A DNA stretch of 64,000 nucleotides from Lophium mytilinum (GCA_010093605.1 MU004195.1:620001-684000), one strand, 5' to 3'. Shown: positions 1-11,368, numbered from the stretch's first letter. Numbers and translations: made by a program. Notes: generated from the sequence alone by a model not told the origin.

Positions 1-1791
1 TGGGAAAGCCTATCGGAACACGTGAGCCGTCTACTTCTTTACGCTTTCTTAGGGGCAATCAATAATACTACAATTAGGGACTCTTCTTTTGATCCTGGTG
101 GATTTCTAGAAGAACCAAGAACGACCTCGAAGACGCCTCTTTTGGACCTCCGTGTTTATCCTCGAATGGACAGATACCTAGAAAATGATGTTGATGGATC
201 CTTCATCGTTGATGCACCTCTTTCCTACGTTTACGGGACACCTTTCTCTAATTCCACGTTTCTACCCGGGACCAACAATGTCATTCCCCTCACCACACTC
301 AAGATCCAAATCATAAGCTCAAATACAGGAGACGTCCTCGTCCCTTGGACTGATGTGGGGGTCAACACTACTGCAATTGAGATCCACTTTCCCCTTCACC
401 TTCTCCCCGCAACCCATGTACCATATCCTATCAGCGTTATATGTGCCTCTGCCGATGGTCTTCAAACGTTCCAGACCACAACGCTAGTGAGAGTACTCCC
501 AGCTCGTAACGATACCGGTAGCGTCGTCCGAGTAGACCAGAGGTACGGCGGCCTAGAGGTCCGTTCTTCACGTACGCTTGGTCTCTGGAAGGGCGTCCTC
601 CCCTTTTCCTTCTACACCAGCTGGGACTGGATCTCCTCAACCATCACCAACAGCTCGTCCCCAACCAACCTCACCGACTTCCGCTCCAAAGGCTTCAACT
701 TAATTCATCCCGTACCCCCCGGCGGCACCGACCCCTTCAACCACACCGTCTTCTCCCGCTTCCTCGACATCTGCGACGAGCTCGAAATCTACGTCATGTA
801 CGACATGCGCCACACGTACCAAAACCACTCCTCTCTCACCGCGCAAATCGCCAGCCTGCAATCCCACCCCTCGCTCCTCCTCTACTACACGGCCGACGAG
901 CCCGACGGCCAAACCGACCCGCTCAATGCCACCTCAACCGCGTACGGCTGGCTCCAGGAGGCAGACCCCTACCACCCGGTTTCCCTGGTGCTGAACTGCG
1001 CGAACTTCCACTTCGGCGAGTACACCGCCGGTGCCGACATCATCCTCGAAGACACGTATCCTCTGGCTACGAACAACACCTACAGTGTCGTGTACGACAC
1101 GGCTTGTAACACCACCTACGGCTGCTGCGGCTGCGACAACTGCCACGCATACGACGCCGCGTATCCGGCGTACGTAGCAAACCCATTCCTAGATGTCTCG
1201 AACCGAATACAAACCTACGGGAAGTACCAAGAATGGCTCGGGCTCGCGGCGTTAGCGGAGCAGGGCAAGGGGCGGAAGAGTATCTGGGGCGTGCCGCAGG
1301 CGTTCTACGACCAAGGGAGTTTCTGGAAGCGGTGGCCGACGGGGAAAGAGGAGGCGGTGATGGCGGCGCTAAGGCTGAATCATGGGGCGAAGGGGGTGGT
1401 GGCGTGGATTTATCCGACGGATGGGGCGGTGGAGGAGGCGATGAGTGGGTTGGCGAGGGTGGTTACGGGGGATTTGGTGAAGGCGTTTTTGCTTTATACG
1501 ATGCCGGTGGATGGGGTGGTTGAGGGGGTTGGTGCAGGGTTGGTGGATGTGAAGTTTTGGTGGGGTGGGGAGGTGGGTGGGAAAGCGCTGGTTACGCTGA
1601 TGTACATGGGGTATTCAAGCACAGCTAGCGGAGTTGAGCTGTCATTGCCAGGGAGGCGGGTGGGAGTGGTAGAGAGTGTGCTCTATGGCTCTCACGGATG
1701 GAGTGTTGAGGATGGGAAGCTCATCAAGCAAGGCGGGCTTGAGGCGCTGGAGGTCGGCATCTTCCTCGTTGAAATTAGGGGTGGGTATTAG
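1..1791 (+). CDS. Glycoside hydrolase-like (TIM-barrel) protein, 5'-partial; intron 22-77
   Basis: Long ORF with YYTADEPDG, DPYHPVSLVLNC and CGCDNC motifs typical of a fungal putative GH family. Removing the GTGAG..TTAG intron 22-77 gives GKAYRNT-DSSFDPGG in frame. Many N-x-S/T sites. Confidence 0.7.
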   Translation, partial: WESLSEHVSRLLLYAFLGAINNTTIRDSSFDPGGFLEEPRTTSKTPLLDLRVYPRMDRYLENDVDGSFIVDAPLSYVYGTPFSNSTFLPGTNNVIPLTTLKIQIISSNTGDVLVPWTDVGVNTTAIEIHFPLHLLPATHVPYPISVICASADGLQTFQTTTLVRVLPARNDTGSVVRVDQRYGGLEVRSSRTLGLWKGVLPFSFYTSWDWISSTITNSSSPTNLTDFRSKGFNLIHPVPPGGTDPFNHTVFSRFLDICDELEIYVMYDMRHTYQNHSSLTAQIASLQSHPSLLLYYTADEPDGQTDPLNATSTAYGWLQEADPYHPVSLVLNCANFHFGEYTAGADIILEDTYPLATNNTYSVVYDTACNTTYGCCGCDNCHAYDAAYPAYVANPFLDVSNRIQTYGKYQEWLGLAALAEQGKGRKSIWGVPQAFYDQGSFWKRWPTGKEEAVMAALRLNHGAKGVVAWIYPTDGAVEEAMSGLARVVTGDLVKAFLLYTMPVDGVVEGVGAGLVDVKFWWGGEVGGKALVTLMYMGYSSTASGVELSLPGRRVGVVESVLYGSHGWSVEDGKLIKQGGLEALEVGIFLVEIRGGY

Positions 1792-2091
1792 GTAAGATGC
1801 AGTAAGCTAGCATTAGTCGCTGTAAACTTCCCACTCCTTTTGAAAGCATGTTGAAAGTATGCAGTAGACGTAAGTTAAAGACTCTCAACACGAGTACTGA
1901 TTGGCAAGCGATTTCGGACAATGCAGAGAGAAACAGTGAGAAGGTTTAGGTGAGTTCATTGTTCGTTTCCAGGAACTCTAGCTACTGTTTGGGATGCTCT
2001 AACATCGTCCCTAGCCCTCAACATTCGTTGCCGCCGGCCGTGGAGATAGTTCTCATGAATCGGCTAGCAAAAGGGCGTACCCTCCCAAGTA

Positions 2092-3178
2092 TCAGTGGCG
2101 AACGCGACAGCTTTCACTGTCGTATGTGTCCCGTTCCGCATTCCAACAATCCAGACAGAGTCCCTTAGTGTTCTTGTCAATGATTTTGAGTTGCTTCTCA
2201 AGCTGTGATTGGATGTCAGTTGGATCTGAAGTTGAACCTTTGCATCCTACACCATTTTTGCAGCGACATTCGGCGGACCTCTGCATCTTGAACGATCCCA
2301 GCTTGTGCATTATTTGTGGGATAGTGAATTGAGAAAGCTTTTCCGAAGGAGGGTACAGGCCTGCTCCAGCCAAGGCGACGAAGTATTGACCAACTGCTTC
2401 CTGCTGGCAGCTGCGGTCCCCAAAGCCGTAGTAGAGGTAAGGGTGCATGATGTGCTCGAAAGCTCCCATCAGGTTCCGGTTGAGACTAAGTCTCTGCTCT
2501 TTAATAGTCTCTGTCGTTGGTCGTAAGAATTTGCTCTCCTATAATTACGGGTCATAACTTACCCAGCAGCTTTGAGTGATCGCGTTGAAAAATGTTCAAA
2601 AGATGAAGGACATTGGCGTCTGGTGAAGGCTCCCTCACCAGGGCCTCGGCGACTTTGTAGAAGGGCTCCGCAAGATCCAACTCGTAGGCGATGAGCAGTA
2701 GCTTTTCGACTTGAAGAGTTCTTTCAGCAGCATGAGACAGCAGTTCAGTAACCCAATACATTGCCCATGGCTGAACAGCTAGAGCGCACTGGTACTTGTC
2801 GCACAACCAGGTAAGCTGAATCAAGAGCTCTATGTCGATGGTCTTTGGAACTTCGTTGTGCTTGAGATGGACAATTCGGCACAACAGAACCGTCGCGTAG
2901 GGATCGTCCTCTGGAAGTGAAACCTCGCGCGGCGACGAAGAGGAGAGGCCTTCCATAGAGGTTAGCGTAAACATCTAACGGGTTAGAGATTGCTTTTACA
3001 TACCTTGACTCTCCGCGAAACCTCCGGTGAACATGGCTCTGAATACCGGCGACGCACGTGAGAGCATGTTCGAGGATACGAGGAGGCGGCTGCTGCGTCC
3101 GTCGGCGAAGTTCAGTATCACGTCGCCGTAGCTTTCCAGGATGACCAGGCCTGGGGCCTCAGGATCAGTGGAGCCCAT
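2092..3178 (-). CDS. BTB/POZ domain protein, copy 1 (exons 3178-3004, 2949-2563, 2510-2092)
   Basis: GDVIL..LLVSS..L..ASPVFRAMF..F.ES, LPEDDP and LCDKYQC BTB motifs. Introns join the three ORF pieces in frame. C-terminal GLCLDC..CRVRH. Confidence 0.85.
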
Positions 3179-3674
3179 GGCGGAGAAGCTTGGTCGGGCG
3201 GTGAGGTTGTCGGGGTGATGAAGAAGAGAAAGAAGAAAAGCTTGAAGGTGTAAACGGAAGCTGTCTTACGTCATCAGGTCCGCACAAGTGAATGGAAGAG
3301 CATCGGTAATATGGCACGCAGGGCACGAAAAAGGCGGCACACTTGGCAAGCATGCCGCCTTCTCCACACCTGTCTACCGCTGTTTGTGGTGCTTCAATGC
3401 AGTTTTAGAGACACGATGAAGATCATTACTCTTAGCTTTGGGCTATTGGAAAACTCGTTGAAATACTCCGAGCAGTGGCAGACAGGTGTACACACGACCG
3501 CAAACAACAGATCTTGATGAGTGTGCCACTTATTTCATCCCCAGCGTGTATGGGTAGGTCAAGGTAGGTAGGTGGGTTTCACCTCTTTTGTCAATTTCTA
3601 CATAAGTACTTACTTGGGATGTCCACAGTCTTTGTTCTACAGCAACAAGCCAGAAGTCGGTACAAACTCACTTT

Positions 3675-3867
3675 TCTATGCCTGTGGCTACCCGATGAGG
3701 TCTTACACTTTTAGGTACAATGACAGGTTGCAGGTAGCGCAAATTAGATTGCTCCCCGACTCATTAGCTACTACCTAGCCAGGCCAACCCTCATAGTGGT
3801 GTCGAGTGAGCCGCACTGGAGCCGAGCAGTAATGAATCCGTATGCCCAGACTTATGGCCTAATACTG
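3675..3867. repeat. Solo diverged copy of the non-coding element arrayed at 7126-7820
   Basis: gcaaattagattgc, caggccaaccctcatagtggtgtcgagtgagc and cagactt..tactg align in order with the units at 7166, 7317, 7544 and 7695. Confidence 0.8.
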
Positions 3868-3888
3868 TATCGTCAAGAACTCATCCCC

Positions 3889-4989
3889 TTAATGCTCCTT
3901 AGTCACTATCAAGACCTCCCTGCAAGCCGTATGTCCCTTCTCACAAGGCGCTTTCCTAGTGAACACAACCTCCCTCTCCGCAATCCAGCACTCCAAACAC
4001 AACCCACTAATCCGCTCACCAACCCGCCTAATCTTCTTCTGCAAAGTTCTCGTGATCTCATCCCGCCTCGTTGCCGGGTTCGCACAGAAGCAACCCCTTT
4101 CGCAAACCGGGCTCGTGATCTCTGGCAGTTGCTCAACTTTCTGCAAGATGTCAGAGAACGCGAGTAGGTTCAGACCAAAGATGAGCGGCCAGAGTCCCGC
4201 TTGGCGTAGCGCCCTCCAGTACTCGCCGATGATGAACTGGATGCAGGGGAATCCGCGGCCGTCGGGGGTGAGTTGGAGCTCTACGAATGGCTGGATGGCG
4301 GTTTCGAAGGTCCAGGGAAGGATTTGGCGGAATCCTAGGCGCTGTTGCTCGATGTGGGCTGTATGAAGGTTATTAGGATTTTCTTACACCCGTATTCGAA
4401 GCTGGGTGGCTGGATGCTTACCAGCAAGTTCCTCCATCAAAAACTCATGCCCAGCGCAAGCGATACGCATATGAATAGGGTGAATACGCTCGAAGATCAG
4501 AGCTTTCGTGACCGCTCTGAAAGCCCCTGCGAGATTCAGAGCGAGCGTGACATATAAAAGAACTTCGTATCCGCCCTTGCCCACCAGAGGCAGCAGAGGG
4601 GCAAGCCAAATGAGAGCCCATGGCTTGACGGATGCCGCGCAATCGTATTTATGGCAGACGGTCGCAAATCCTACGAGATCCGATAGGTAGACTGTTTCCG
4701 GTGCTCGGTAATCGAAGTGAAGGATCTTGCAGAGCAGAGTCATGGCGTCTTCATTGTCGTCGGGGAGTGGCACCTCGCGCGGAGAAGCGGAGGACAGGTT
4801 TTGGCTTTCTGCGAAGCCGCCGGTGAACATGGCTCTGAAGACTGGAGATGCAAGAGCGAGGACTTTCGATGAGACGAGGAGGCGGGTGTTACCGTCGCCG
4901 GGAGATAGAACTACGTCGCCGTCGTTGTCTAGAGCTATTGTCTCGGGTAGTTTGCCGGGCGGTTCGCTGTCTGGCTCGATGGCGTCCAT
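3889..4989 (-). CDS. BTB/POZ domain protein, copy 2 (exons 4989-4422, 4358-3889)
   Basis: GDVVL..LLVSSKVLALASPVFRAMF, LPDDN, CHKYDC. GTAAGC..CAG intron restores the frame. C-terminal GLCLEC..CEKGH. Confidence 0.85.
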
Positions 4990-5357
4990 GATGGTTGTTG
5001 AGGATCGGTAAGAATGCGGTGGCGGATGTAGGAGGGGGAGAAGAGGAGCAATTCAACATGTAGATAGAAACAGATACAAGATGCTGGTCTGTGCTGATGG
5101 AGACGAAGATTGGAGGTGAATGGCTCACAGTACTCTTTCATGGCACATTCTGAAGTCATCGAGACAGAAGCGAACCATCTTGCCAGACCTCTTACCTCAT
5201 TCGGGTATTTCATGTAGTGACAGAAGGCTGCACGCAGTAAGTCTCAACGGAATTTTCTATGGGCTTTTGGATAGCTTGACACCTAGCTACACTATCCTCT
5301 TCCAAGACCCAACATTATACCCCCTCCCCAACTCCCTAGACACGAGAGTCCGCTCAT

Positions 5358-6558
5358 CTAGGCATTGCTGGAATCGCTATCGTACTCGTTTCCGGTCTGT
5401 GGGCTCAGCGAGCCGCTGCTGCTGCTGCTTGAATTTCTATGCTCGACACGACACTTCTCTTCGTCGTAAAGCTTCCTTCCTTCCTTCCAACAGTCTAGAC
5501 AGAGGCCTTCGCATTGATCGAAGAGATCTTCCAAAGCTCGAGATAGGGTTTTCTTGATTTCCATTCCACCAGATGCTACCAAGCTTCCACACGGGCATAG
5601 GTCGGGATGGCAGGGTAGCCAAATCGGGACGATCGGGTACATTTCTGATACCTTGTCCCTAATTTCCTGTAGAGTCATTTCGTGGATGTGATCCGACAGA
5701 GGCCAGAGACCGATATTACCGAGCGCAACATAGTAGATGCCCGTGATATGTAGAAGACAACCTCTAGGCTGGTATTGGCAACCCTTAATGGCTGGCGCGA
5801 TAACGTCGTCGAAGATAGCGATGATCTGCTTTCGATTCTCCATCCGCTGTGTCTCTAGTTTCTCTGAAGGACTCGTTAGTATAAACAGACAATGAAAGAT
5901 GTATATCCGTCATGATCGGGGTCTTACTAAGTAGGAGCTCGTGGTCGGGAATAATCATAGCAGATTCGTAATACCACAGGGTCTTGCGAATCCTCACAGG
6001 ACGCTCAAGCATTAGTTCTCTCGTGAGATTGAAAAAGGACTCGGGCAGGTCAAGTCCATAGGCGACAACGAGAAGCCTTTCGAATCCCTCATCACAAGCT
6101 TCGTCCATCAGAGCAGCGATCCAGACCATCCCATAAGGCCTCAAGGCTGCTGTGCAATTGTACTTGTCGCTCAAGACCACAACATCAACCACAGCGAACA
6201 AGTTAAGCTTCCTCGGGATCGCCGCAGTATCGAAATGGAGGACTCGGCAAATTAGCTCCATAGCGTCCCTGTCGTCGTCGGGTAACGAGACAATACGTGG
6301 CGATGCGGAAGAGATTCCCTTAGAGAATTAGCTTATTTATGTATTCATGAGTGGTACCTTCTATGATAATACCTGGCTCTCTGCAAAACCACCAGTGAAC
6401 ATAGCCCGGAACACGGGCGAGACCATCGTGAGGACGTGCGACGACACAAGAAGACGGGCAGGCGGCTCGTCGCCCTTGCCCAACTCAAAGATCACGTCGC
6501 CGTGCTTGTGGAGGACGATCATCTCCGATGCGGTGTCGCTGGGCTCGGGGTCACCCAT
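5358..6558 (-). CDS. BTB/POZ domain protein, copy 3 (exons 6558-6373, 6318-5928, 5863-5358)
   Basis: GDVIF..LLVSSHVLTMVSPVFRAMF, SDKYNC. Two introns with branch sites. C-terminal GLCLDC..CRVEH. Confidence 0.85.
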
Positions 6559-7125
6559 CGTGAAAGGTGTTGGTCGAGGCCGTGACCGTCCACGGTGGTG
6601 AAGAAGTCGGAGGAGCTTCGAAGAGAGTTTTCTAGTAGCGGACGGAAAAGCTTTGTGCCGCGATTTGGCCTCTGCGCTGGTGAGGAGGTGAAGATATATG
6701 GTCTGTGCTCATCATCTCACTTGCAATGGGCGTTCACCTCGATTTCGATAGCAGCCGGACTGGCGGTTGCTGTTCAGATGGCAGTGGCAGGTTGCCCTCA
6801 GACACTTCACAGACCCTGGAAAAGAGATAAAGTTGGATATTTAACAGCGTATGAAAGGACTCCCAACAGTGTCAAACCAATAGTGCTTTGAAAGAAATCT
6901 GTGTACAATCTTCTGCCGCTGCTTCAGTGCTTGTGATGATTCAACAGATTGGTGAATCTTTAAAACGACGTCCCTACAATGTGTACGCTTGTCAGCCACT
7001 GTCTGAGGTAGCCTGGTGTGCTCACTGAATTCCCCAAAGCATTAGCTCAGAACACCAAAATAGTGTTGAGCCCCTTCAGGTAGTGGCAGATACAGTGACA
7101 AGCTATGAGTCTAGGCACGCGGGTT

Positions 7126-7820
7126 CGCCACTGCCTGAGGTACCCCCACAGGAACCTAAAGATCGAAGGGCGATGTCAAGTTTTAAGCAGTGCAGATTAG
7201 ACTACCTTTTGACAGATTGGCTATTTAGTACCTAGGCTACCCCCTACAATGGTGTCGAGTGAACAAAGTTGAGGCCAAGTAGTAGTAGATTAGTGTGTCT
7301 AGACTTCATAAGATCTAATGGCGATGTACAAGTTTCAAGCGGTGCATATTAGACTGCCTCTTGACTAAGCGGCTGTTTGGTAGACAGGCTGCCCCTTGCA
7401 GTGGCGTCTAGTGAGCAATACTAGAGTATATTAGCGATGAGTTCGTGTATCTGGACTTTTAATCTGGTACTGAGTGATAACGACCTTAGATTGAACTAGT
7501 TGTCGCCACTGCTTAGGGTACCCTTACACGAATTCAAAAACCTAAGGGCGATGTCAAGTTCAAACCGATGCAGATTAGACTGCCTCCTAACTAGATACCT
7601 GCTCAGCAGTTAGGCTACCCCCTACAGTGGCGTTGAGTGAGCAACTTTGGAGTTTAGCAGTGACAGATTCGTGTGTCTAGACTTACGGAGGTCTAAGAGC
7701 GAGGTCGAATTTAAGCTGTGCAGATTGGACCGCTTTTTGACCAATTGGCTGCCCAGCAGCTAGGCCACCCCCTACAGTGGCGTCGAGTAAGCAACCTTGA
7801 AGTCGAGCAGTGGCAAATTG
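7126..7820. repeat. Higher-order non-coding tandem repeat: (40-bp leader + 2 x 151-bp unit) x2, 378-bp period
   Basis: Unit starts at 7166, 7317, 7544 and 7695 (aa[g/t][g/a]gcga...tgcagattagac...aggctaccccctacagtggcg..gagtgagcaa). Leader cgccactgc..ggtaccc at 7126 and 7504. Confidence 0.9.
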
Positions 7821-7907
7821 TTGTGCGAGAAAAATTGGAGAAATTTTGGGTTGCTAAAGGCCCTAGCTAAATGTGACTGAATTTGAGACGAAATCCGGCA
7901 TTGCAGC

Positions 7908-9025
7908 TCAGTGCGGCACCCGGCATTTCTTCTTACGATAAACCTTTCTTCCTCCCTTCACACAGTCAAGACACAGCCCACGGGTATTGTTCTCCAGTTT
8001 CGACAAGCGGAGATTCAGATCGTGGTTGGGAAGGTTTCCCGCACCGCAAGCAGAACAGCCATCGACGTCGCAATCGACATTCTTGCAATCCGGCAGATCC
8101 TTCACGTCTCGTATAAGTGAAGATAAACTCCCGCTGCGAGCCCAGTCGGTGATCGGCCAGAGGTCGAGCGACATTAAGTCACGGAGAAACCGAGCGGCGA
8201 CGAGATCGCTGCATCTTCGATCCTTGTCGTTTAGTGCGCTGTCCATGGTTGCGTACACAACCCTTTCAAACTCGCTGACGATTTGCAGACAAACCTCCAA
8301 GCGGTCTGTCTCTAGACGTCCTTGGTGAGCATTGTTAGCATTCATTATTGCATCCGTGAATGAGAAGTATGTACATAGGACTTACCTAGCAAGTCGCGGA
8401 AGCCTTGACTGTGATCCGAGTGCAGAAAGCCAGCGTCGAGGGTGTAGCACCCCCCAAGCAGAAACATCTTAGTGAGCTTCATGAAGGCCTCCGGAAGGTC
8501 GAGAATGTAAGTGGCGAAAAGAAGCTCTTTATATCGACCCTTGCAAGCGGATTCCATCAGCTCAGCAACCCAGAGAGTCCCATAGACGTTCAACGGCACC
8601 GAGCAGTCGTATTTGTCGGATAAAATTGCAAGATCGACTAGAGCGCCGAGACTGAGCTTCTTCGGGATGCGCGCCACTTTATGATGAAGTATCCTGCTAA
8701 GCAGTACCATAGCGCGGGTATTGTCATCCGGTAAGGGTATTAGACGTGGTGCTGTAGAGGACAAATCCTGACTCTCGGCAAATCCGTGAGTGAACATTGC
8801 TTTGAACACCGGTGAGGCCAGGGTAAGAATCTTGGAGGAAACGCGCAGGTGAGTCACAGTTCCCCCGTCATTGCGGCCGAGCTCGAAAACAACGTCCCCG
8901 TGCTCGTCGAGGATGATGTCCGTTGTTGGCGGTCCGCCATCCGGCGCAGGCGTGCTCATCTTGGAGCAGGTGAGTGGTTGAAGGTCCATCGTTGGCATTC
9001 CGCCATCTGGCACAGGCGTGCCCAT
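7908..9025 (-). CDS. BTB/POZ domain protein, copy 4 (exons 9025 or 8959-8386, 8320-7908)
   Basis: GDVVF..LRVSSKILTLASPVFKAMF, LPDDN, SDKYDC. GTAAGT..GCTAAC..AAG intron. C-terminal GLCLDC..CRVPH. Confidence 0.85.
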
Positions 9026-9047
9026 CTTGGAGTAGGTGAGTGGTTGA
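8919..9047. repeat. 66-bp tandem duplication spanning the start codon of BTB copy 4
   Basis: ccgccatc[c/t]ggc[g/a]caggcgtgc[t/c]catcttggag[c/t]aggtgagtggttga occurs twice, 66 bp apart (MGTPVPDGG / MSTPAPDGG). Confidence 0.9.
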
Positions 9048-10385
9048 TGCCCCGCCTGTCGGTGGTGGATGAGGTATGTTGGCTGGGGCGAGTGAGGTAT
9101 CGATGAAGAGCTAGATTTCGAGCGACGAGCGGAAAATCTTTATGCCGGCATATGCGTTGAACCAAAGTGGAAAATCACCTCAACACCGTCCAAGGTGGCC
9201 CACAGAGCTACTAGGCTTGTTAAAACTGGCCTTTTCCAATTTTGATAATGTGCGAGAGGACCTCAAGCGTTGCTAGGCAAGTGTGTACAAGCAGAGTAAT
9301 TGCGCGTCTTAAATATAGGAAGATTTAGAATAGAATGGCAGATTGAAGAGCTGCCCCTTCTTGCTCATGTTGAGGATGTTGGTGAAAGTGTTTAATCCGT
9401 ACCTATCAATCTGCACAAAGCGAGTCCTCGCGCTCTTCGAGCGGCGTCGCATTGTTCTCTTCAGTTCGAGGTAGAGACATCCTCGAGGTCGGCTGAAAGC
9501 CTCTGATTATTTTGTTTTACTGATAGGAGTTCTTTTATATCCCAAAGTCTAAGGGATCCGTAACCCCAGTCTTCAGAGCTCTCTCGTTATACCAAAACGT
9601 GACCTACTATCGTACCTACTCATTTTCAAGAACTAATCTTGCTAGTATACGTTTGGGAACAAGATCGACCTTTCGTTGGCAGTTGGAAATCTTTATAAGA
9701 GTAGGAGTATATACTGAAAGGGGGTGGCGCTGATATATCGGAGGTGCGTCGGTCAGATCAAAGTTCGGGCGTACCCCGGAGGAGATCAGCGGCAACACGA
9801 GCGATGCCGAAGCGGCATCATTCGGCTGCCGACGAAGGATGAATCGGAGAAGAAGGAGACAATTGTTACCAATGCTGACTGCTCTGAGGCCCGCATTCTC
9901 ATCTTTAATGGGCTCTAGAGCATATGGAGGAACGAGAACCTCAATATAGTCGATCGAAAATAGCTTTCAGGTACCTTAGGGATCTGTTATCCATTAAGGG
10001 AAGGGTGCTGGCTCGAAAGCCTGAGCAGGAGCGCGCCTATAATTTTAAAAGACCAGCGCGGTGGTTCGACGCCTGACATTTCAAGAATGGAGCGTCGGCA
10101 GTCACAGCAGCGGCAAAGTCGCTGACTATCACTGCATAGGAGTAGTAATAACTGGAGTTGTGGAGTGACATGTTTGAGTGGCTCCGAGGACCCCCGAGAA
10201 AAAGCTCGACTGCGGCGGCTTACCTATTCACCCACACGTCATGCACTCGAGCTCCTCCAACTTTCTTTTATAAGTGCGCGCATGCTCATCACCGCCTCCA
10301 CTCTCCATCCATAATACCCCCACGACTCCAATTGGAACTAAAACCCTCGATACCCATCCCCAATTACATTGCCAGCTTCGCAACT

Positions 10386-11368
10386 ATGAAGGTCATCACG
10401 AAAGAAGAGGAGGCGGAGCATTACCGGTACGAGCTGCTCGACACCCCGCGGACCACATGATAGGTCATAAATCAATCAGCGCAACCGCTAACATGAGGCA
10501 AACAGTGCTACCGTAAAAGGCGGCGTATTTGGCATGGCCTTGGGTGCAGCAGTCGGCGGAGTAGGTGTATTCGCAGCATCAAAGCGATTCCACGGCTTCC
10601 GCCAGCTCACTATCCCCTTCCGAGCTTTCCTGGTAGCCTCGTCTGGCACATTCACTGGTAAGCCCTCACTATCACCAATCCACGGAATCGTCAATGCTAA
10701 TACACATTGTACAGGTATTATTAGCGCCGACCGCGCCTCGCGATCCTGGGACATAGCCCACAATGCGGACAAGCGCCGCTGGGAGGAAGAAGTCGCCGAG
10801 CACCACCGCATGCTCGAAGCCAACAAGACGCGCGGCGAGCGCCTCACCGACTGGGCGACCGAGAACCGCTACTCCATCATCTTTGGCTCATGGGTGGCGT
10901 CGATGGGCACGTCGTGGGCGATTGTCAGCCGGAACAAATACTTGACTGGCGCTCAGAAGCTCGTGCAGGCTCGTGTGATTGCGCAAGGTTTGACCGTCGC
11001 GGTGCTACTCATCAGTTTTGCGTTCGAGTCGAGCGATAAGAGCAAGGGCAAGGGCCGGTGGGAGACGGTCAAGGTGCTGGATCCGAACGACCCGACGCAC
11101 AAGCATCTGATTGAGAAGCGGATACATCACGAGCGGTACGAGGGCGAGGATCAGTGGAAAGGTACGTTAACATCCTGGGAGCTTGCTCAGCAGCTGCATA
11201 TCTTGGCGTTGATGAATAAAATCCGAGCCTTGCTAACTTATTGTAGAAATGGTTGAAGCGGAAGAGGAGAGGATAAGGGAGAGGAAAGAAGCCATAAAAG
11301 AAAAGGAAGACGCGGACGCCAAAGCCAAGGGGTCGAAGCAGCCAAGGAAAGAGAAGGCCACAGCTTAA
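10386..11368 (+). CDS. RCF2: Mitochondrial HIG1-domain respiratory supercomplex factor (Rcf2-like); introns 10427-10505, 10658-10714, 11162-11246
   Basis: MKVITKEEEAEHY N-terminus; NRYSIIFGSWVASM and QKLVQARVIAQGLT HIG1 motifs; canonical introns. Confidence 0.85.

Noticed and set aside
7126..7820. CRISPR-like array or coding repeat
   Set aside because: Whole units are homologous with no unique spacers, there are no cas-like genes, the context is eukaryotic, and the 151-bp period breaks frame.
9550..10000. Possible transposon relic bounded by agggatc.gt.a.cc direct repeats
   Set aside because: The similarity is short and imperfect, with no transposase or RT remnant recognisable.
10040..10080. 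GGTTCGA resembling a tRNA T-loop/B-box
   Set aside because: No pairing T-stem, acceptor stem or cloverleaf could be built.
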